The notes under the pieces were generated by a model. The model did not search any database and was not told the DNA's origin. It saw only the letters and a program-made list of their open reading frames with translations. Position numbers and translations under genes: made by a program. From an uncultured Eubacteriales bacterium (lineage in GTDB: Bacteria > Bacillota_I > Bacilli_A > RF39 > UBA660), in contig ONTJ01000002.1 in the NCBI GenBank assembly GCA_900320735.1, forward strand, positions 3,259 through 67,258: a stretch of 64,000 nucleotides of DNA, in the 5' to 3' direction. Positions 58,014-64,000 of the stretch are shown here, one piece after another; within the stretch, counting starts at the first letter, position 1, and each line of letters opens with the position of its first letter.

Positions 58014-60323
58014 ATGTTAAAAACAAAATTACCTGTCATAGTTTTAAGAAATCTAATATTACTTCCTCATGGTGAGATAAAATTAGAAATATATAATGAA
58101 GCTGATAAAAAAATAATTAATAATTCTATTAATAATCATGATAGTTATTTATTATTAGTTTCACCAAATTGTTATAGTGAAGAAGAGATTAATATAGATG
58201 ATTTACCAAAAATTGGTATTATTGGGAAGATAACTAATAGTTTTGAACTTCCAAATAGTCATATTAGGATTAGTATAACTGGTGTTAATAGAGCAAATAT
58301 TTTTAAATATATAAATGAAGATGAGGCATCACTATCATCAATTATTGGACCATATAAATTGCAAGAAGAAGATGAAAATATAAAACAAGCCTCACTTCGA
58401 ACTTTAAAAAGAGAATTTGCATCTTATGTATCATTGATTTCTAATATTTCAAATGGAATAATATTAAAAATAAATGAAGAAAATTCGCTTGATAGATTAA
58501 CGGATATAATTGGAAATATATTACCTTTAAATTTTGAAAATAAAAATGTTTTGGTAAATGAACTGAGTCCTGTAGGTCGATCTAAATTACTTCTTAGATT
58601 AATTGATGAAGAAAAAAAGATAAATATGATAGAGCGAACTTTGGAGCAGGAAGTAAAAGAAAATTTAGATAAATCACAAAAAGAGTATATCTTAAGAGAA
58701 AAATTGAATGTAATTAAAAAGGAACTTGGGGATGACAATTCCAAGGAAGTTGAGATAAATTCATTAAAAGACAGTGTCTTTAAATTAAAATGTAGTGATT
58801 TAATTAGAGAAAAATTAATTAAAGAAATAAATAAATATGAATTATTACCACCAACATCGCCTGAAGTATCGATTGTTAAAAATTATATAGATACAGTGTT
58901 ATCATTACCATTTGAAAAATATACGCGTGATACTAAAAATATTTCCAAAATAGAAAAGAGTTTAAATAAAACTCATTATGGGCTTGAAAATGTTAAGGAG
59001 AGAATATTAGAATATATTTCTGTTAAACAATTAACAAAATCTATTAAGAGTCCGATTATATGTTTAGTTGGTCCTCCTGGTGTAGGTAAGACTTCGCTTG
59101 CATTTTCTATTTCAAAAGCATTAGGTAGAAATTTTGTAAAAATATCTGTTGGCGGTGTAAATGATGAGGCAGAAATAATTGGACATAGAAGAACATATCT
59201 AGGTGCTGCACCCGGTAGAATAATAAATGCAATGATAAAATCAAAAGTGTCAAATCCGGTATTCTTGATTGATGAAATTGATAAAATGACAAAGGATATA
59301 AAAGGTGATCCAGCATCTGCATTACTTGAAGTGCTTGATCCAGAACAAAATACATTATTTTATGACAATTACATTGAGGAGGCATTTGATTTATCAAAAG
59401 TTATGTTTATCTTAACTGCAAATTCATATGAAGATATTCCATATGCTTTAAGAGATAGACTTGAGGTAATCAATTTATCATCATATACTATATATGAAAA
59501 ATTAGATATAACTAAAAATTACATGTTAGATAAATTATTGACAGAACACGGTTTGACTAAATCTAATCTTGTGATTAGTGATGATATGATTGAATATATA
59601 ATTGAATACTATACTAAAGAGGCTGGCGTAAGAGAACTTGAAAGAGTATTATCATCAATTATGAGAAAAGTAGCTAAAAAAATAGTTGAGAATGGTGAAG
59701 AATTAAAAATATGTATTAACAAAGATAATGTTGAATCGTACTTAGGAAAAAGGAAATTTGAAAAAATTCAAAATAGTGAAAATAATATAGGTGTAGTTAA
59801 TGGACTTGCTTATACTATTTATGGCGGAAGCATTTTACCTATTGAAACAACTTATTATAAAGGTAAGGGTAATTTAATAATGACTGGATCACTTGGTGAT
59901 GTAATGAAAGAAAGTGCTTCAGTTGCTATTGGATACGTAAAGACAAATCAAAAAAAATTTAATATTGATATTAAATTATTAGAAAATAATGATATTCATA
60001 TAAATGCAATTAATGGTGCAATACCAAAGGATGGGCCTTCAGCTGGTGTAACATTAGTGACATCTATCTTAAGTGCTTTTCTAAATAAGAAAGTTGATAA
60101 TACAATTGGTATGACAGGTGAGATAACACTAAATGGTAATGTTCTTGCGATTGGTGGATTAAAAGAAAAAACCATTTCAGCTTTTAATTCGGGAATTAAG
60201 ACAATTTTCTTACCGATTGGAAATAAACAAGATGAATCAGAAATACCTTCTGAAATTAAACAAAAATTGAATATAATTTATGTTACAAACTATATTGAAA
60301 TATTTGATTATTTATTTAAATAA
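58014..60323 (+). CDS. lon: ATP-dependent protease Lon (LonA)
   Basis: N-terminal LON domain, AAA+ GPPGVGKTS, catalytic PKDGPSAG Ser-Lys dyad region. Confidence 0.9.
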   Translation: MLKTKLPVIVLRNLILLPHGEIKLEIYNEADKKIINNSINNHDSYLLLVSPNCYSEEEINIDDLPKIGIIGKITNSFELPNSHIRISITGVNRANIFKYINEDEASLSSIIGPYKLQEEDENIKQASLRTLKREFASYVSLISNISNGIILKINEENSLDRLTDIIGNILPLNFENKNVLVNELSPVGRSKLLLRLIDEEKKINMIERTLEQEVKENLDKSQKEYILREKLNVIKKELGDDNSKEVEINSLKDSVFKLKCSDLIREKLIKEINKYELLPPTSPEVSIVKNYIDTVLSLPFEKYTRDTKNISKIEKSLNKTHYGLENVKERILEYISVKQLTKSIKSPIICLVGPPGVGKTSLAFSISKALGRNFVKISVGGVNDEAEIIGHRRTYLGAAPGRIINAMIKSKVSNPVFLIDEIDKMTKDIKGDPASALLEVLDPEQNTLFYDNYIEEAFDLSKVMFILTANSYEDIPYALRDRLEVINLSSYTIYEKLDITKNYMLDKLLTEHGLTKSNLVISDDMIEYIIEYYTKEAGVRELERVLSSIMRKVAKKIVENGEELKICINKDNVESYLGKRKFEKIQNSENNIGVVNGLAYTIYGGSILPIETTYYKGKGNLIMTGSLGDVMKESASVAIGYVKTNQKKFNIDIKLLENNDIHINAINGAIPKDGPSAGVTLVTSILSAFLNKKVDNTIGMTGEITLNGNVLAIGGLKEKTISAFNSGIKTIFLPIGNKQDESEIPSEIKQKLNIIYVTNYIEIFDYLFK

Positions 60324-60350
60324 AAGTTCTATTATAGAACTTTTTTTAAT
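60324..60350 (+). terminator. Intrinsic terminator after lon (AAAGTTCTATTATAGAACTTT + T-run)
   Basis: Perfect hairpin plus T-run. Confidence 0.7.
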
Positions 60351-60375
60351 ATTATTTAATTGAAAGGAAGGAAAT

Positions 60376-61086
60376 ATGAAAAAAATTGTACCCTTTATTA
60401 AGGAAATTAAATTTAATACTAGAATATATGAAATAACAAGTATTTCACTAGAAAATACACTGTCTTCAAGTAAAGATAATATTATAAGTGGTGAATTCAT
60501 TGTAAGTGGTGAATATAAAATAAACGATTCATCCATAAATACAGAACCATTTATTTATGGGCTACCATTTGACATTAATTTAGACAGTAAGTATGACCTT
60601 AACAATTTGAAAATTGATGTAGATGATTTCAAATATGAAATATTGAATGAAGAATTCCTTAGAGTAAATATTGATATACTTCTTGATAATATTGTTGAAA
60701 AGGAAGAAATTGAAGAAATAACACCAGATTATGTAATTGAAGAAAGAACAATCATTAAAGATGAAGAAAAGGAGAATAATGTGAATTTATATACTGAGGA
60801 TTTGTTCAAAGAAGAAAAAGAAGAAAAAATTATGGTAGACAAGGTTTTGGAAGAAAATCCAGATTTTATCCCCAAAAAGGCAACTTCTATATTTGAAAAT
60901 TTTAACGTAAAAGATGAAAAATATGTTTCTTATTATGTTCATATTGTTAGAAATGATGATACGATTGAATCAATAATGAAAAAATATAATGTTAGTATAG
61001 ATGATTTGCGAAAATACAATAATATTGATCAAATTACTTTAGGTAATAAAATTATAATTCCATATATTGATAATGAGACAATTTAG
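60376..61086 (+). CDS. LysM-domain protein (C-terminal LysM; possibly a SafA/SpoVID-like spore-envelope protein)
   Basis: C-terminal YVHIVRNDDTIESIMKKYNVSIDDLRKYNNIDQITLGNKIIIP is a canonical LysM. Confidence 0.55.
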   Translation: MKKIVPFIKEIKFNTRIYEITSISLENTLSSSKDNIISGEFIVSGEYKINDSSINTEPFIYGLPFDINLDSKYDLNNLKIDVDDFKYEILNEEFLRVNIDILLDNIVEKEEIEEITPDYVIEERTIIKDEEKENNVNLYTEDLFKEEKEEKIMVDKVLEENPDFIPKKATSIFENFNVKDEKYVSYYVHIVRNDDTIESIMKKYNVSIDDLRKYNNIDQITLGNKIIIPYIDNETI

Positions 61087-61969
61087 TAATATTTTAAAGA
61101 AAAATGGCTTAGAGGTTTTGAAATATACTATAAGAGGCAGGGCAACTATAGTAAAGACACCTTTAGGCCAATTTGTTTTTAAAAAGAATAATGGTTGTGA
61201 CATATATAAATATTTGTCATCAAGAAATTTTGAATATTTTCCTAAAATAATTGATTTTGATAATGATAATATTATGTATGAGTATTTAGAAGATATAGAT
61301 TATGATAAAGAACAAAGAGCGTTTGATATTATTCATTTGATTTCATTGCTTCATAGTAAGACTACTTATTATAAAGAAATAAATTATGATGAATATAAAA
61401 AAATATATGAAGAGTATAAAAATAAAATAAATTATATGAATAATTATTACCTTGATTTAATTGGTCAGATAGAATCAAAAATATATATGAGTCCTTATGA
61501 GTATTTAGTTGCTAGGAATATATCTAAAATATTGTCTTGTTTTAATTATTGTAATATAGAAATCGATAAATGGTATGATCTTGTAAAGGACAAAAAAAGA
61601 AAAAGAGTAGTGACTCTTCATAATAATTTGAAATTAGATAATCTAATAAAAAATAAACATATTTACTTGATATCATGGGACAAATTCAAAATAGATTTTC
61701 CTATATATGATCTTGTTGATTTTTATAATTTATATTCACTCGATTTTGATTTTATTTCACTTTTTAGTGAATATGAAAGGATATTTCCACTTTTGGAAGA
61801 AGAAAAAATTTTATTAAATGTATTAATATCTATTCCAAATAAAATACCATATTCATCTAATGAATTTGATATGATTAATTACACAAGAAGATTAATAGAT
61901 AAAATATATAAAACTGAAAATATATTAGCATCTAAAGAAAAAGAAGAAAGAAAAGATACAAAGAAGTAA
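61073..61969 (+). CDS. CotS/YutH-like phosphotransferase-fold protein (spore-coat kinase-like)
   Basis: APH/CotS-like catalytic loop HNNLKLDNLI...ISWD; follows the LysM gene. Confidence 0.45.
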   Translation: MRQFSNILKKNGLEVLKYTIRGRATIVKTPLGQFVFKKNNGCDIYKYLSSRNFEYFPKIIDFDNDNIMYEYLEDIDYDKEQRAFDIIHLISLLHSKTTYYKEINYDEYKKIYEEYKNKINYMNNYYLDLIGQIESKIYMSPYEYLVARNISKILSCFNYCNIEIDKWYDLVKDKKRKRVVTLHNNLKLDNLIKNKHIYLISWDKFKIDFPIYDLVDFYNLYSLDFDFISLFSEYERIFPLLEEEKILLNVLISIPNKIPYSSNEFDMINYTRRLIDKIYKTENILASKEKEERKDTKK

Positions 61970-62131
61970 AAAGTTTATAAGCAGTAATACTGCATTTAGC
62001 GGGGTTGTTATAAATAATAATATAATTATCTGATAAGTTAATATAATAAAAAAACATACCATTGCTAGAAAAAATATAAGTCTTTTAGTACTTAGTAGTA
62101 AATTTTGAATAAAATTCATCATAAATATCAC
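61925..62131 (-). CDS. Small hydrophobic ORF (63-68 aa) antisense-overlapping the 3' end of the CotS-like gene; reality uncertain
   Basis: AGGTGA RBS 6 nt before tandem ATG codons; strongly hydrophobic product. Confidence 0.2.
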   Translation of the reverse strand: MIFMMNFIQNLLLSTKRLIFFLAMVCFFIILTYQIIILLFITTPLNAVLLLINFLLLCIFSFFFFFRC

Positions 62132-62226
62132 CTATATTATTGTATTCTTTTGTAAATTATTTGTAATGGACATAAATACTAATTAACTAAAATAAAAAAA
62201 TATGTTATTATTATTATGGTGATTAT

Positions 62227-62799
62227 ATGAAAAAAATTATAATTTTTTTATTTATTTTGTTTTTTCCTATAAATGTTTATGCAAGTGAAAGAACAAGTGC
62301 CAAACTTAAAAATTGTATCGATGGCGATACTGTAGATTTTATAATAAATGAAAAAGAAGTAAAAGTGAGATTTTTAGCAATAGATACACCAGAATTATCA
62401 TCTAAAGATGAATTTAATAAATTTTATGCCTTAAAAGCAAAAGATTATACGTGTTCTAAGCTATTAAATGCTAATAAGATAGAGATAGAATTTGATGAGA
62501 ATAGTAAGAAAAACGATAAATATGGTAGAACTTTGGGCTGGGTATTTTATGATGATAAATTATTACAACAGCAACTCATCAAAAATGGATATGCAAAAGT
62601 AAGTTATTTATATGACAATTATAAATATACAGATAGATTAATAAAAGAAGAAGAAAAAAGTAGAAATAAAAAAATAGGTATATATTCTGATACTAATGTT
62701 ACTAAGAATACTATAAAAGATTTATTGAGTGATTTTATAGATAAAATAAGTGCAAGCGTCACAGAATTTATTTCAGAAATTTTAGATCAATTTTTTTAA
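62227..62799 (+). CDS. Secreted thermonuclease (staphylococcal-nuclease/SNase-like)
   Basis: Signal peptide; SNase motifs VRFLAIDTPE and DKYGRTLGWVFYDD. Confidence 0.8.
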   Translation: MKKIIIFLFILFFPINVYASERTSAKLKNCIDGDTVDFIINEKEVKVRFLAIDTPELSSKDEFNKFYALKAKDYTCSKLLNANKIEIEFDENSKKNDKYGRTLGWVFYDDKLLQQQLIKNGYAKVSYLYDNYKYTDRLIKEEEKSRNKKIGIYSDTNVTKNTIKDLLSDFIDKISASVTEFISEILDQFF

Positions 62800-62872
62800 A
62801 AAAACTTTTAATTTAAATATATTATGTTATAATATCTTTGGATTTACTATGAGATGTAGATAGGGTGAAATT

Positions 62873-64000
62873 ATGAGGGAGTTGTTTGAAGATTTAAAAC
62901 TAAATAAAATTGCATATTTACTTGAGCAAATTGAAAAGGGCAACTATGAAAAAAAGGTTAAAACTTTTAAAAAATTAGAAAAATATAAAATTACTAAAAA
63001 AATAGGTATATACTTAATTGAAAATTCCACAAGAAACTATAATTTTGATGATGAACTTGGTGGAATTAATTCATCAATAATAGAATTATGCTTTAAAAAT
63101 TATTACGATGAATATGCGGATAAGATAAGAGAAATATTTAAAAAATTAAGTGCTAATTCGCAAGATAGAGTGCTTTATTTACTGACAACAGCAAATAATA
63201 TTAGTGCACTTAATTTGTATACTGACTTGATTATAAAATATTATAAGGATAGATCTTTTCCTATAGGAGAATTAATTAAAAAACCTAATACATGTTCTTA
63301 TATATTTCCTAAATTATTTAAAATTTTAAAAAGCGATATAGTAAAAAATGATTTATTAATATTACTAAATAATTATATTGAATATAAGACTATTGATTTA
63401 TCAGTTGTTAAGAAAAATAAAAAACTAGTGCAAGATAGTATATGCAAAATATTTGACGAAGCACTTAAATTCAAATTTAAGAATTCGTATGAAGGATTAA
63501 ATAATGCAGAATATAGGAGTTTGAGATATTATTTAGAGATAGCTGTAAATTTAGAAAGTTATGTTTCTAATAAAAAGACTAGTGAATTTATATCAAAATT
63601 ACTTAAGAAAAATGATAATCAGATAAAATTATTTATAATAGATAGTTATATTAAAAATAATAAGAAAATCGATAATATTAATTTTAATCCAATTGCTAAA
63701 GATTTGGCAAGCAGGTATGCACTATTTGAACTCCTTTATATTTATGATAGATTAGATTTAATGCCTAAAAAATATTTAAATCAAAAATTACTTGCTCAAT
63801 CTGATCTATATACAAATTTTGTAATTGAAGTATCTTATACCAATGAACCAGTTGATTTAGAATTTTATAAAAAAATTAGTTTTAATAATCTTGATTACTA
63901 TGTATTTAAATTTAGGTATAAGTATAAATATAATAGTTTTAAAGCTGATTATTTAACTAATTATATATGTAATCAAGTTGGTATTGAAAAATATAATAAT
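62873..64000 (+). CDS. Hypothetical protein, partial (continues past the window end)
   Basis: Open frame of more than 375 aa from an ATG with an AGGGTGA RBS; no stop inside the window. Confidence 0.35.
   Translation, partial: MRELFEDLKLNKIAYLLEQIEKGNYEKKVKTFKKLEKYKITKKIGIYLIENSTRNYNFDDELGGINSSIIELCFKNYYDEYADKIREIFKKLSANSQDRVLYLLTTANNISALNLYTDLIIKYYKDRSFPIGELIKKPNTCSYIFPKLFKILKSDIVKNDLLILLNNYIEYKTIDLSVVKKNKKLVQDSICKIFDEALKFKFKNSYEGLNNAEYRSLRYYLEIAVNLESYVSNKKTSEFISKLLKKNDNQIKLFIIDSYIKNNKKIDNINFNPIAKDLASRYALFELLYIYDRLDLMPKKYLNQKLLAQSDLYTNFVIEVSYTNEPVDLEFYKKISFNNLDYYVFKFRYKYKYNSFKADYLTNYICNQVGIEKYNN

Overview
This is a very AT-rich chromosomal segment from a low-GC Gram-positive (Firmicutes-type) genome, read under the standard genetic code. 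Genes are densely packed, mostly on the + strand, have AGGAGG-type ribosome-binding sites (RBS) and hairpin plus T-run terminators, and follow Bacillus subtilis gene order closely. The conserved blocks are: rnhC/cvpA; dnaB-dnaI-(X)-thrS preceded by a T-box leader; dnaE; pyk; dnaG-sigA-trmK; yceD-rpmF; gmk; pbp; rpmG; ldh; efp; tRNA-Arg(TCT); Rrf2-sufCBD; T-box-(kinase-like)-alaS-mltG-ireB-ruvX-yrzB-yrrMNO-greA-tig-(no clpX)-lon. Sporulation-type genes are scattered through the window (a sigG/sigF-like sigma factor, SpoIIIAH-like, GerE-like and GerM-like proteins, a LysM protein and a CotS-like protein). Many conserved proteins are unusually compact: a 967-aa DnaE, a 584-aa ThrRS without the TGS domain, and a 586-aa AlaRS without the C-Ala domain. 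Two accessory loci are the main interest. The first, at about 24.3-31.9 kb, is a minimal type IV filament (competence-pseudopilus-like) module: a GspF/PilC-family platform protein with a roughly 170-aa charged N-terminal extension, a prepilin peptidase, a convergently oriented short GspE/PilB-family ATPase, a small pilin, and a 1025-aa 'giant pilin'. The giant pilin has a canonical class III prepilin signal (KRGFTLVE) fused to nine tandem repeat domains (Listeria-Bacteroides/Flg_new-like repeats plus a second Cys-containing repeat family) and a Cys-rich C-terminal cap. The second locus, at about 45.0-47.4 kb, is a bacteriocin-type system. It holds a peptidase-C39/ABC exporter gene interrupted by a single in-frame TGA, followed by two unannotated small ORFs that encode double-glycine-leader, cationic, GxxxG-containing peptides, which is the profile of a two-peptide class IIb bacteriocin. 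A roughly 36-nt motif matching the sigma-H promoter consensus recurs three times: upstream of a MacB-like ABC transporter, of dnaG-sigA, and of the bacteriocin exporter. The two T-box leaders in the window (thrS, and kinase-like/alaS) share an identical 41-nt block covering the T-box sequence and the 5' half of the terminator stem. No CRISPR arrays, rRNA genes or obvious transposable elements were seen.
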